64,000 bases of DNA from Treponemataceae bacterium. GTDB taxonomy: Bacteria; Spirochaetota; Spirochaetia; Treponematales; Rectinemataceae. Positions 50,023-60,497 of this stretch are shown in pieces; positions within the stretch are counted from its first letter, which is position 1; every line of letters begins with the position of its first letter. The stretch covers positions 192,001 to 256,000 of the forward strand of contig CAXXHO010000005.1 of assembly GCA_963667725.2 (NCBI GenBank), in the 5' to 3' direction. The notes under the pieces are model-generated. The model did not search any database and was not told the origin of the DNA. It saw nothing but the letters and a program-made list of their open reading frames with translations. The position numbers were made by a program, and so were the translations under genes.

Positions 50023-51540
50023 ATGACAGAAGAAATTGTCCGTATAGAGGCTTTGTCTAAAGAATTCCCGGGGGTGACTGCGCTTAGCAATGTAAATCTT
50101 CGGCTCAATAGAGGCGAGATACATGGCCTTGTTGGAGAAAACGGCGCGGGGAAGTCAACACTCATAAATATTTTAGCAGGAGCATTCCGGCCAAGCTCAG
50201 GGTCTCTTATTGTTGACGGAAAAGCAGTCAATGAGTTTCAGCCCTCTATCGCACAATCTCTAGGTATATCCGTGGTGTATCAGGAAACGGTACTAGTCCC
50301 GGATTTTACCGCTGAAGAGAATATCTGGCTGGGTAGAGAGGATACCAAGAATTTTGTCATCGATAAAGCGAAGCAAAAAAAGAAAACCATCGAATTATGC
50401 AAGGAATACGGCATTGAAATTCCCTTGTCTGTTCCAATGTCCTCGTGCCGTGTCGCCGAGAAGAAGCTAGTGGAAATTCTCCGTGCTTTGAGTATGAACG
50501 TAAAAGTATTTATTCTTGACGAACCTACAGAAGCATTGTCAAAACAGGATGTCGATAATTTGTTTAAAATTTTAACATCCCTGAAAGCTAAGGGGTTTTC
50601 AATACTTTTTGTATCACATCATCTGGAAGAAGTATTTCGTATTTGTGATAAGATTACTGTATTAAGGAATGGGGAGGAAGTCGGGAACTTTTCCCCAAAT
50701 GATTTATCCGTTCAGTCTCTCATTCATTTGATTACTAACCGCGATATAAGCGATCAATATCCAGTACCGCATAAAAGAAGTAGCACAGATCCGGTTCTTG
50801 AAACGAAAAATCTCTCTAACCCTAATCTAGGCCTCTCGAATATTTCTATCCATGTTAATAAAGGAGAGATTGTTGCCTTCTTCGGGATGGTCGGATCTCA
50901 CCGTACTGAACTCATGAAGTGTTTGTTTGGCGCCGAAAAGATTAAATCGGGAGATATTATTTTCAGGGGAGAAAAAATTGAATTAAAGCATCCTAGTGAT
51001 GCAATTAGAAAAGGAATATTCCTCTGTCCAGAGGATAGAAAACTGGAAGGCTTTATTCCTGATATGTCTGTGCTCGATAATTGTACATTGCCGTTTTTAA
51101 AGCGTTTTACCAGAATTGGCGTAATCAGCAAAGCCAGACAAAAAGAGGTTGTGAAAACAATCATTGCAGACCTCTCGATTAAAACGCCTTCAGCCGAGCA
51201 AAAAATAATTTTCTTGAGCGGTGGCAATCAGCAAAAAATCGTGATCGGCAAATGGCTTATCGGACAGCAGGGGGAGCTTTTTATTTTTGATGAGCCGACA
51301 AAGGGTGTCGACGTCGGAACAAAAATGGACATTTACAAAGCAATGCAAGAGCTGGCAGAAAACGGCGCTGGCGTAATATTTGTCTCCTCAGATCTTAGAG
51401 AATTGCTTGGCGTATCTGATCGTCTTTATGTGATGAGGAAAGGTGAAATTGTAAAAGAGTATATAAGGGAAGAATTTGACCAGCACACTATTCTTTTACA
51501 GGCTTTAACCGAAAAGAAAATTTTGGGAGCAGTATCGTGA
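50023..51540 (+). CDS. Sugar ABC transporter ATP-binding protein
   Basis: GENGAGKS, LDEPT, VSHH, LSGGNQQK. Confidence 0.95.
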   Translation: MTEEIVRIEALSKEFPGVTALSNVNLRLNRGEIHGLVGENGAGKSTLINILAGAFRPSSGSLIVDGKAVNEFQPSIAQSLGISVVYQETVLVPDFTAEENIWLGREDTKNFVIDKAKQKKKTIELCKEYGIEIPLSVPMSSCRVAEKKLVEILRALSMNVKVFILDEPTEALSKQDVDNLFKILTSLKAKGFSILFVSHHLEEVFRICDKITVLRNGEEVGNFSPNDLSVQSLIHLITNRDISDQYPVPHKRSSTDPVLETKNLSNPNLGLSNISIHVNKGEIVAFFGMVGSHRTELMKCLFGAEKIKSGDIIFRGEKIELKHPSDAIRKGIFLCPEDRKLEGFIPDMSVLDNCTLPFLKRFTRIGVISKARQKEVVKTIIADLSIKTPSAEQKIIFLSGGNQQKIVIGKWLIGQQGELFIFDEPTKGVDVGTKMDIYKAMQELAENGAGVIFVSSDLRELLGVSDRLYVMRKGEIVKEYIREEFDQHTILLQALTEKKILGAVS

Positions 51541-52487
51541 AAGAAAAAACAAAAACCTTTGTCCAAAAATATGGAACGATCGTGACGCTAATGCTGCTGA
51601 TTATTATTTTTTCATTAACGACAGAAACATTTCTTGAACCCAGAAACCTACTGAATATTATCGCGCATATATCAATGTTGATGATAATCGCTACAGGACT
51701 TACAGTATGTATGGTGCCGGGCGATTTTGATATGTCCATCGGTTCCGTGGCAAGCCTTTCCGGAATATTTTTTTCAAGCCTGGTTATAAAAAATATTCCG
51801 CTGGTTCCCTCGATACTCATTGTTTTGTTAATGGGAGCTATATTCGGCCTTACGGCAGGCCTTCTGGTAACAAAAGTCAGGATCTCTGCATTTATTGCGA
51901 CATTAGCTTTAGGCCAAGTAGCTACCGGAATAAATTTCATGTACACGAGAGGGCAGGAAGTATTCGGTGATTTCAGCAAAGGATTTTTATCTCTAGGGCA
52001 GGGGAAGACTTTTACTATTATTCCTAATCAGGTTTTAATAATGATTGGGATTGTACTAATTTTTGCTTTTACAATGGAAAAAACAAAAGTTGGCAGATAT
52101 ATGTATGCAATAGGCGGCAGTAGCCATGCGTCATATCTTTCGGGAATAAAAGTAAACCTGTATCGCATCTGCGGCCTGATGATATCCGGAGGATTGGCTG
52201 CCTTCACTGGTTGTATTTTAGCTTCACGGCTTGGATCGGGCCAGCCTACAGCAGGTGATTCGTATCTTATGGATGCAATTGCCGCTACTTATATCGGCAT
52301 GACTACAATTAAGGCTTCTCGTCCAAATATCATAGGAACACTCATTGGAGTTTTATTTATAGGCGTGATTGAGAATGGACTAGTACTCATCGGTGTCTCC
52401 TATTTCTTTCAATATATTGCCAAGGGAGTGATTATTATTCTCGCGGTTGCTTTGTCCTCGAGGGGGTCAATGGTTGTCGAAAAATGA
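51537..52487 (+). CDS. Sugar ABC transporter permease
   Basis: FDMSIGS, AIGG...A.YLSGI, DAIAA. Confidence 0.93.
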   Translation: MKEKTKTFVQKYGTIVTLMLLIIIFSLTTETFLEPRNLLNIIAHISMLMIIATGLTVCMVPGDFDMSIGSVASLSGIFFSSLVIKNIPLVPSILIVLLMGAIFGLTAGLLVTKVRISAFIATLALGQVATGINFMYTRGQEVFGDFSKGFLSLGQGKTFTIIPNQVLIMIGIVLIFAFTMEKTKVGRYMYAIGGSSHASYLSGIKVNLYRICGLMISGGLAAFTGCILASRLGSGQPTAGDSYLMDAIAATYIGMTTIKASRPNIIGTLIGVLFIGVIENGLVLIGVSYFFQYIAKGVIIILAVALSSRGSMVVEK

Positions 52488-52520
52488 CGACCTGGATTCA
52501 TATTTTTCAAGGAGGCTCTT

Positions 52521-53459
52521 ATGAAAAGGTTTTTCGGGTTACTTCTCGCTTTTGCCCTAGTAACACTGAGCATTGGAGCACAACCCGTGACTATCGGTTT
52601 TGTTTCACCGGATCAGGGTGCAAGTACGCAGGCGAGAATCGCCAACAAGCTTGAGCAGGTCGCAAAACAGGAAGGATGGAAGATATCCATCTCAAGCGCC
52701 GCCGGTTCGTGGGAGAAGATGGCAAACATTGTTGAGGACTACGTAAGTAAAAAAGTTAGTGCTATCGTAATAGCAATGGGACAAAGCACCTCTATCACCC
52801 CGGCACTTGAAGCGGCAAAGAAGGCAAAGATACCCGTTTTGGCTATCGACTCGGAATTTTCTGATCTATTGACAGCAGATATTCTTACCAACAACTGGGA
52901 AATGGGCGCAAAAATCTCTACATATCTAGTTGACAGGTTGAACCACAAGGGGAATATCGTCGCTTTCAAGTTCGATCAGTTTTATGGAACCAGGTACCGC
53001 GGGGAAATACTCGATACTGTTCTTTCCGAAGAGCCCAATATAAAGGTTTTGGATACTCATTATATTCCCCCTACAGGATATCTTGCTGATACGCAAGCTG
53101 CCATGCAGGCATATCTTGTTAAATACGGTTCAAAAATTGATGCCGTTTGGTGCGCATTTGATGATCTAGCCTACGGAGCTTCTCTGGCAATTAAAGAAAA
53201 AGGCTTCGGTCCTGATGACATGTTTGTTGTCGGTATAGACGGCACTGATCGCAATTTAAAACTCATCAAGAGTGGAACTTCCCCGGTGGTAGCTACGATT
53301 ATTCAGCCTTTTGATATTGCCGTAGATAAAGTAGCAGACTTGATCAAGAAGCTGGTAATTCAGAAGAAGACTGAAAAAGAAGCAATAGGAGCGGTTAAGG
53401 TCATTTATATGGATACGCCCCTCGTTACTTCCGCCAATGTTGATGAATATTTAAAGTAG
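52521..53459 (+). CDS. Sugar ABC transporter substrate-binding protein
   Basis: Signal peptide; periplasmic binding fold motifs (AFDD.A.GA, VVGIDG). Confidence 0.9.
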   Translation: MKRFFGLLLAFALVTLSIGAQPVTIGFVSPDQGASTQARIANKLEQVAKQEGWKISISSAAGSWEKMANIVEDYVSKKVSAIVIAMGQSTSITPALEAAKKAKIPVLAIDSEFSDLLTADILTNNWEMGAKISTYLVDRLNHKGNIVAFKFDQFYGTRYRGEILDTVLSEEPNIKVLDTHYIPPTGYLADTQAAMQAYLVKYGSKIDAVWCAFDDLAYGASLAIKEKGFGPDDMFVVGIDGTDRNLKLIKSGTSPVVATIIQPFDIAVDKVADLIKKLVIQKKTEKEAIGAVKVIYMDTPLVTSANVDEYLK

Positions 53460-53491
53460 CTCTATTTATTCAGGATTAGGAGTGCTGCTCT

Positions 53492-54979
53492 ATGATTCTG
53501 GGAATTGATATCGGAACGACTTCTTCTAAAGCGATTGTAGTAGATGAAAATTTGAAAGTTGCCGGAGAAGCTCGGATCAGTCACTCTGTCGACACTATAA
53601 AACCTGGTTTTATGGAGCAAAATCCTGAGATTTGGTGGGCCGATCTATGTCGGCTCACCAAATCTTTGTCTGAAAAAGTTGATTTGGCGAAAATAAACGC
53701 AGTGGGCTTAAGCTCGATGGGGCCAAATATCCTGCCGGTTTCATCATCAGGGCAAGCATTGAGATCTGCTATTCTATACGGAATAGATACAAGGGCATCT
53801 GCTGAAATTGAAGAATTGTCCAGTATTTTAAGATCAGATGAGGTTGCACATATTTTCGGTCGTTATTCTTCACAATCGATATTGCCTAAGATTTTATGGA
53901 TTAAGCATAATCAAAAAGAGATATTCGAATCAACAAACAAGGTTTTGACGACAAATGGCTATGTAGGGTATAGGCTCACGGGAAACTATTCTCTTGATTA
54001 TTTTACCGCCTCCGCTGGTGGTCTTATCGATTTTTCTGGAAATATTCTCTATGAAAGCAGTTTCCAGGCGGCAGATATCTCTTCTGCGATAATTCCGGAT
54101 TTATTATGGCCAGGAGACATCCTGGGGACAATTGATATAGAAGCTTCAAACGCTACAGGGCTTCCCAAAGGCACTATGGTGATTGCCGGTACAACGGATG
54201 CCGCAAACGAAGCGGTACTATGTGGATGCACAGAACCTGGCGATTCTGTTATATCGCTTGGCGGAACTTCGATATTTGTCACGTGCACTGATAAACCAGT
54301 AATGATGGAAAATGCTCTTGTCTGCAATTATCTGGACAGGAATTCTTTTATAGTCGGCGGTGCTACTGGTTCGGGTGGACTTTTAATGGATTGGTTTTCC
54401 GAGAAAATTTGCGGCTCTTCGCCGGAAAAGATACAATCGTTGATTCCGGAAAAAGAGCTTTATGAGACAGAACTTGTTGCCCTGCCGTATTTAAACGGAG
54501 CGAGAAATCCTTTAAACGACAAATCAGCAAAGGGGCTAATTCTAGGGCTAACATCGAATTCACAGTTAAAAGATATTTATATGGCATTTATTGAATCTTT
54601 GGCGCTGGAAATAGAAATGATGGTAGAAGATATATCAAAAATACTGAAGATCAATACTAATCTCAGGGTGACGGGAGGGGGATCGAATAACGAAATTCTG
54701 GTACAGGCAATTTGTGAAATACTACGCATGGGTATTGAAGTTCTTCCAAAGGAAATGGGCTCTGCCGCAGGAGCGGCGGTATTGGCAGGAGCCGCACACG
54801 GAAATTGGACAATAGATCAAGCAGCTAAAATGGTTCCAATAAAAAAACAGTATGAGAACTCAGGAAAGCATGACGCATATTTTTCTTTAAAGAAGGAAAT
54901 CTTCAGAAAAGCCTATAAGGTAAATCAGAGCATATTTACAGATCTGAATAATCTGGCAGGAATGGCGCACAATAACTAA
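53492..54979 (+). CDS. FGGY-family carbohydrate kinase
   Basis: LGIDIGTT, D.RA, GTTD, LPYLNGAR.P, TGGGS. Confidence 0.92.
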   Translation: MILGIDIGTTSSKAIVVDENLKVAGEARISHSVDTIKPGFMEQNPEIWWADLCRLTKSLSEKVDLAKINAVGLSSMGPNILPVSSSGQALRSAILYGIDTRASAEIEELSSILRSDEVAHIFGRYSSQSILPKILWIKHNQKEIFESTNKVLTTNGYVGYRLTGNYSLDYFTASAGGLIDFSGNILYESSFQAADISSAIIPDLLWPGDILGTIDIEASNATGLPKGTMVIAGTTDAANEAVLCGCTEPGDSVISLGGTSIFVTCTDKPVMMENALVCNYLDRNSFIVGGATGSGGLLMDWFSEKICGSSPEKIQSLIPEKELYETELVALPYLNGARNPLNDKSAKGLILGLTSNSQLKDIYMAFIESLALEIEMMVEDISKILKINTNLRVTGGGSNNEILVQAICEILRMGIEVLPKEMGSAAGAAVLAGAAHGNWTIDQAAKMVPIKKQYENSGKHDAYFSLKKEIFRKAYKVNQSIFTDLNNLAGMAHNN

Positions 54980-54994
54980 GTGAGAATAGAACTT

Positions 54995-56086
54995 ATGGAA
55001 AGAGTATTAGCAATTAATCCTGGGGCTACCTCAACAAAAATTGCGGTTTTTACCGGAACACAGAATACCTTTCAAAAGCTAATTGAACATAAATTAGAGG
55101 ATCTAGCGCACTATGAACATATCATTGACCAGTTCGGTTATCGATATAGCGTAATACTATCCTCTCTTAATGAAAATAATTTCCCTTTATCGGACCTGGA
55201 CGCTGTTGTGGGACGAGGCGGCATGCTCCAACCGGTTGAAAGTGGTACCTACAAAGTCAATGATTGTATGATTGAGGATCTGAATGCCGCATCCAGAGGA
55301 GAACATGCCTCCAACCTCGGTGCGTTATTGGCTAAAAAGATTGCCAGCGACAACGGAATCCCGGCGTTTATCGTTGATCCAGTATCAGTTGATGAAATGG
55401 ATGATGTAGCACGCATTTCAGGGCTGACCGAGTTGCCCAGGGTCAGCCTTTCTCACGCGCTCAACAGCAAAGCTATTGCAAGGAAAGCGGCTGACCAGAT
55501 CGGCAAAAAGTATGAGGCCCTTACTATTATTGTAGCTCATCTGGGAACCGGGATTTCTGTTTCCGCACATAAGAATGGCAGGATGATCGATGTAAACAAT
55601 GCCCAGGAAGAAGGACCATTTTCTTCTGACAGATGTGGTACAGTTCCTTCTTATCGACTTGTTAAAATGTGCTTTTCGGGAAAGTATTCAGAAAAGGAAA
55701 TACTAAAAAAGCTAATGGGGTCCGGTGGATTACATTCTCTAGTTGGCATGAAGGATATCAGGAAGATTGAAGAACTGGCTACTACCGGTAATAAAAATGC
55801 GGATATCGCTCTCAGGGCGCTTACCTATCAGATAGCTAAAGAAATCGGGGCTATGGCAACTGTATTCTTTGGAAATCTTGATTGTATCGCCATCACCGGA
55901 GGAATGGCTTATTCAGAAAGAATAGTGAAAGATATTACATCCCGTATAGAATTTTTATCTCCAGTACTGATTTTCCCCGGTGAAGATGAAATGGCATCTC
56001 TGGTTCTTGGTGTTCTTCGTGTTTTGAGGGGTGAGGAAAAAGCGAAAGTATACGAAGGAGCTCGATATAGTGGAAAGGCTGAATGA
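54995..56086 (+). CDS. buk: Butyrate kinase
   Basis: INPGATSTK, GRGG, EHASNLG, VDPVSVDE, HALN.KA, PGEDE. Alternative GTG start at 54980. Confidence 0.94.
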   Translation: MERVLAINPGATSTKIAVFTGTQNTFQKLIEHKLEDLAHYEHIIDQFGYRYSVILSSLNENNFPLSDLDAVVGRGGMLQPVESGTYKVNDCMIEDLNAASRGEHASNLGALLAKKIASDNGIPAFIVDPVSVDEMDDVARISGLTELPRVSLSHALNSKAIARKAADQIGKKYEALTIIVAHLGTGISVSAHKNGRMIDVNNAQEEGPFSSDRCGTVPSYRLVKMCFSGKYSEKEILKKLMGSGGLHSLVGMKDIRKIEELATTGNKNADIALRALTYQIAKEIGAMATVFFGNLDCIAITGGMAYSERIVKDITSRIEFLSPVLIFPGEDEMASLVLGVLRVLRGEEKAKVYEGARYSGKAE

Positions 56087-56969
56087 TTTTGTCGATGCTG
56101 CCCGTTGTCTTGGTTCGACTACTGTTGCTGTAGCGGCCGCGGAAGATATTGAGACGATTGAAGCGGTGCGCAATGCGATTTCCCAAGGATTCATAAAAGC
56201 TATACTTGTAGGCGATCAGCCCAAGATCCTGGCTCTCTGCGGAACCAAGGGATTGCCTGATGGGGCCAGGATTGTACATGCAGCGTCATTGCCTGACGCT
56301 GCGTGGAAAGCAACAGCCATTGTAAAGTCCGGCGAGGCAAACGTGCTTATGAAAGGGTTGATCAATACAAGCGATTTTCTTAAAGCTGTCTTAAATCCTG
56401 AAAATGGACTTAGGACAGATCGTTTGCTCAGTCATTTGGCTGTATTTGAAATTCCCGGTGAATCAAAACTGGTATTTCATAGCGACGGGGGTATGGTTGT
56501 TCTTCCAAAACTTGAGGAAAAAAAAGCAATACTTCAAAATGCGCTGGACGCATTACACCGGCTAGGAATTAAAAATCCTAATGTAGCGATATTGGCCGCA
56601 AACGAAAAAGTGAATCCAAAAATCCCGGCAACTACCGATGCAAGGGCAATAGTTGATGCATGGGAAAGGGGCGAGTTTCCACGGTGCATTATAGAAGGCC
56701 CTATAGCGATAGATGTTGCGACGAGTGAAGCAGCCGCTGAACATAAAGGAATAAATAGTGCAATCGCGGGGAAAGTGGACCTTTTTATATTTCCATCCAT
56801 CGAAGCCGGCAATATTGCGGGAAAAATTCTTGTTCGCTATGGAAAAGCAAAAATGGCCGGTATAATATTAGGTGCGGCAAAACCGATAGTTCTGGTTTCC
56901 AGGTCTGATAACGCTTCCGCTAAAGTGTTTTCGATAGCCTTGGCCTGCCTTGCTTCCCGAAAGATATGA
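56070..56969 (+). CDS. ptb: Phosphate butyryltransferase
   Basis: LMKG, LSH, EKVNPK, GP.A.D.A, IEAGN, SRSD; AAGGAG before the GTG start. Confidence 0.9.
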   Translation: MERLNDFVDAARCLGSTTVAVAAAEDIETIEAVRNAISQGFIKAILVGDQPKILALCGTKGLPDGARIVHAASLPDAAWKATAIVKSGEANVLMKGLINTSDFLKAVLNPENGLRTDRLLSHLAVFEIPGESKLVFHSDGGMVVLPKLEEKKAILQNALDALHRLGIKNPNVAILAANEKVNPKIPATTDARAIVDAWERGEFPRCIIEGPIAIDVATSEAAAEHKGINSAIAGKVDLFIFPSIEAGNIAGKILVRYGKAKMAGIILGAAKPIVLVSRSDNASAKVFSIALACLASRKI

Positions 56970-57855
56970 AAAAGGTGATTCTGCCTGGAAGGGGCTAAAA
57001 AGAAAATCCAGGTTTGAATTACAAATATTACGTGAGCACCTAATTCTTCAATTTGCTTTTCGCTCAATTGTCACCGTACGGAATGAGGGGCAAGCCCAGC
57101 TCCTTTAAAAATTCATTATGCTTTTTCGTCGCTTCGGAAATACTTTTCTCAATATTTAACAAATCGTTGTTGACCGCTTGAAGGTCTATTTCCTCTTCTT
57201 GGACCGCGGTGCTGATATAACGGGTAATGTTGAGATTGAAGCCGTTGGTGGTAATCTCCTCCATGGACACCCTACGCGAATAACGCTCTTCTTCTTTCCG
57301 GAATTGATAGGTGGAAACGATTTTTTCAATGTGGTCGGGGGATAATTGATTCTGCCTTTTGCCCTTTTCGAAATGCTCGCTGGCGTTGATGAAAAGCACA
57401 TCGTCGGGCTTCTTGCATTTCTTGAGTACAAGGATGCAAACGGGGATGCCTGTCAAGAAAAAGAGGTTGGCCGGCAGACCTATGACAGTATCGATATTGC
57501 CGTCTTCCAGAAGTTTCCGGCGAATGCGCTCCTCGGCCCCGCCGCGGAAGAGTACTCCTTGCGGAAGAATGATCGCCATGGTGCCTTCGTCGGAGAGGAA
57601 ATGAAAGCCATGCAGGAGGAAAGCAAAGTCAGCGGCGGATTTTGACGCCAATCCATAATTCTTGAAGCGGAAGTCCTCAGCCAGGGCGTCGTTTGGCTCC
57701 CAGCGATAGCTGAATGGCGGATTGGCTACTACCGCGTCGAATTTCTGTTTCTTCGCGGGATTCTGTTCCCTGAGGATGTCCCAATCATTGAGCAGCGAGT
57801 CGCCATGATGAATTTCAAATTCAGAGTCCTTGACACCGTGAAGGAGCATATTCAT

Positions 57856-59585
57856 CCTGGATTCCCGGAAAATTATACCAAGGGAAAAATAATAGCACAT
57901 AATATATAGAAATAGCAGTGAACAGGTTCTATGCATTGGTATATACTATAACAATGTAGGAGAATCCCATGCCACAGCGAATCCAGAACATTAATGGCGT
58001 TCTATACGTTTATGAAGATCGTGCATCATGGGATAAAGCTACAAAGAATGCAAAACACACCAGGCACTACATTGGGAAAATGGTAAACAATGTCTTTGTT
58101 CCCAACCCAAAGTATCTTCTCGAGCGTGAGCTCGAAGCTGTAAAAAAAAAAGAAGCGAGGCCCGGCTCAGATTACCTTGAGCACTCGCGAATTTTATGGA
58201 GCAACCTATCTCTTTGATCAGATAGGGGAAAAGCTTGGTATTACCGCTGACATAAAAACCTGCTTTCCTGATTTCTGGAAGCAGCTGCTCTCCATTGCCT
58301 ATTATCTTATTCTGGAGGATAAGAATCCCTTAAGCCGCTTCCCTCGATGGGCTCAAAATCATCGCCATCCCTATGGAGAATCAATTCCTTCCCAAAGGTC
58401 GAGCGATCTCTTTGGAGCCATTACGGAAGATGCTAAACAGAAATTCTTTCTCTTGCAGGCAAGAAGAAGGCTCGAGGAAGAATATCTTGCCTATGATACA
58501 ACCTCCGTGTCGTCTTATTCAGAGCTTATTAAGCAGGTGCACTATGGGAGGAACAAAGATCACGAACCACTCGCCCAGATCAACCTCGCCTTACTATTTG
58601 GGCAATCGTCACGACTTCCCGTCTACTATAGAAAGCTTGTCGGCAACATCAATGATGTCTCGACCATAAAGCGTCTTATTAGCGATCTTTCGTTTCTGGA
58701 AATCGACAAAGTAAAACTTGTCATGGATCGGGGATTCTATAGCGAAGACAATATGAATGCTTTATTTGAAAAGCATTATAAGTTTCTTATTGGTGTTAAG
58801 AAGTCCCTTCGCTTTGTTCGAGATATCCTCGATGACGTGCGGGATTCGATGAAAACCAGGGCCTGCTATAGCTCTGATTACGGAATCAACTACTATAGTA
58901 AAACCATCGAATGGTCGTATACAGCAAAGAAACCTCGATCGAACGTGACGGAAACGGGAACGCGAAGGGTGTATCTGCATCTGTACTTTGATGATCAAAA
59001 GGCCGTCGATGACAAGACGGTATTTAACTCGCTCCTTGATACGCTTGAAGAAGAGATTATGACAAACCGGCGGACACAGGAGCACGAAACCTTATATCAG
59101 AAGTATTACGATATCAGTACAACGCCGATACGCGGAACGTCCCTTGTCCCCAAACAGGACGCAATAAGCGCGGTAGAAAAAAACTATGGGTACTTTGCCC
59201 TTATGTCAAATGATATCAAGGATCCTCTCGAAGCCCTTGTAATCTATCGACTAAAAGATCTTGCAGAGAAAGCGTTTCATAATCTGAAAGAGCGGCTTTC
59301 CATGCGACGGACTTCAGTATCTTCGGAGGAGCATCTTGAAGGCAAGCTGTTCATTCAGTTCTTGGCACTGATATATCTTTCATATATTGATAAAGCAATG
59401 AGCGACTAAAAGCTCTATAAAACAATGACAATGCACGATCTTCTTGATGAACTGGATATTATTGAATGCTTTGGACATCCTTGCCATCGATTGCATTTTG
59501 GTGAGATTACTAAAAAGCAAAAATCTCTTTATGCCGCGTTAGGCGTCGAAGATCCCTCATTGGTATAAATGTTTGGGAATTCAGG
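57856..59585 (+). mobile_element. Second IS1634-family element, inserted in hsdM
   Basis: 26-bp TIRs (21/26 match); 6-bp target duplication ATTCAT at 57850-55 and 59586-91. Confidence 0.92.
57969..59568 (+). pseudogene. IS1634 transposase with frameshift and premature stop
   Basis: Frame change at the A10 tract 58142-51; in-frame TAA at 59407-09 with homologous sequence continuing to 59568; YDTTS, MDRGFYS. Confidence 0.85.
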
Positions 59586-59675
59586 ATTCATCCGCGCCAG
59601 GTTATAGGTGGTGATGTTCTTTCCCTGGCCAAAAAATTTTCCGATACCATACGTTCCTATTTGCTTTCGGACATT

Positions 59676-60299
59676 TGATTTTTCAATATTTGAGCCAAGT
59701 GGCTAGCAACTGCGATGGCATTATTATCGTCCAAGGAAGAAATGAGATCATCAATGTACAGATACTTTACCCAAGAATATTGCTCTTGTTCATCGACGGC
59801 AAGTTGCGCAATGGCGAGATAAAAGCACCATATAAATATGTTTTCTTCTCCGCGTGAAACTTTTATATGATCAATGACTTTTTTTTCGTTTTCATAACGA
59901 ACCGTTCTAATAAAGTTAACAGTCCAGTCTTCGGTGTTAATTTTAAAATCAATATCTGAATAGCGGTGCAGAAATGAACGTATTCGGTTATCCATTTCCA
60001 GAGCTTCAAGACCAACAAAAAACTTAATACTGGTGTTAAGCTTAAGAGTTCGATCAGAGTCGGCATCTAGATCATTGTCCCACATAAAAAGGTCTTCAGT
60101 AAATGCATTATAGTAAAGCGTATCTCTGTTATCTTGTTTTTTCCTGCATCCTTAAAAGCCATAGATAGTCTTGTTTTACCCGTACCATTATAAGCAAATA
60201 GTAAAACATACTTTTTTTGTTCAGGCATTCATTACGAAGGTAGCTTACCAGATCGTTGAAATTTTCAGTCTTGGTAAATGGCATAATCTTTTCTTTCAT
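59676..60299 (-). pseudogene. prrC: PrrC-like anticodon nuclease, frameshifted and C-terminally deleted
   Basis: FAYNGTGKTRLS, YYNAFTEDLF.WDNDL, SRGEENIFIW, IDD.ISSLDDN; two frame changes in A tracts; fused into the middle of hsdM. Confidence 0.82.
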
Positions 60300-60497
60300 T
60301 TTGCCCCCTCATCGATAGTTGGGAACAACTGTCGCATCAGGCCTTTTTTATGAGCCTCAAGCACTTTGATTTTTTTGGTTTGGGCGGCAATTAGGTCATC
60401 AAGGGAGGAAAGACAATTAGCTATTTTTTATTGTTCGGTGAATTTTGGTAGAAGCATCGGGAGGTTTTTTAATTCATCCAGCCTAATTCTTTTTCTA
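60296..60497 (-). pseudogene. hsdS: Type I R-M specificity subunit, C-terminal remnant
   Basis: P...EQ*KIANCLSSLDDLIAAQ...HKKGLMRQLFP with an internal TAA. Confidence 0.85.

Larger units (their letters stand above)
57064..59675 (-). pseudogene. hsdM: Type I R-M methyltransferase, 5'-deleted and IS-interrupted
   Basis: NVRKQ...TTYNLARMN (about 59675-59586) continues as MLLHGV...ANPPFS...GVLFRG (57849-57064) across the IS1634. Confidence 0.9.

Noticed and set aside
46447..54979. Canonical AI-2 lsr operon
   Set aside because: No lsrG, a single permease, and an extra dehydrogenase and aldolase; the SBP is not evidently LsrB.
57856..57936. N-terminus of the 290-aa hsdM ORF
   Set aside because: It is read-through from the IS1634 end, not hsdM sequence.
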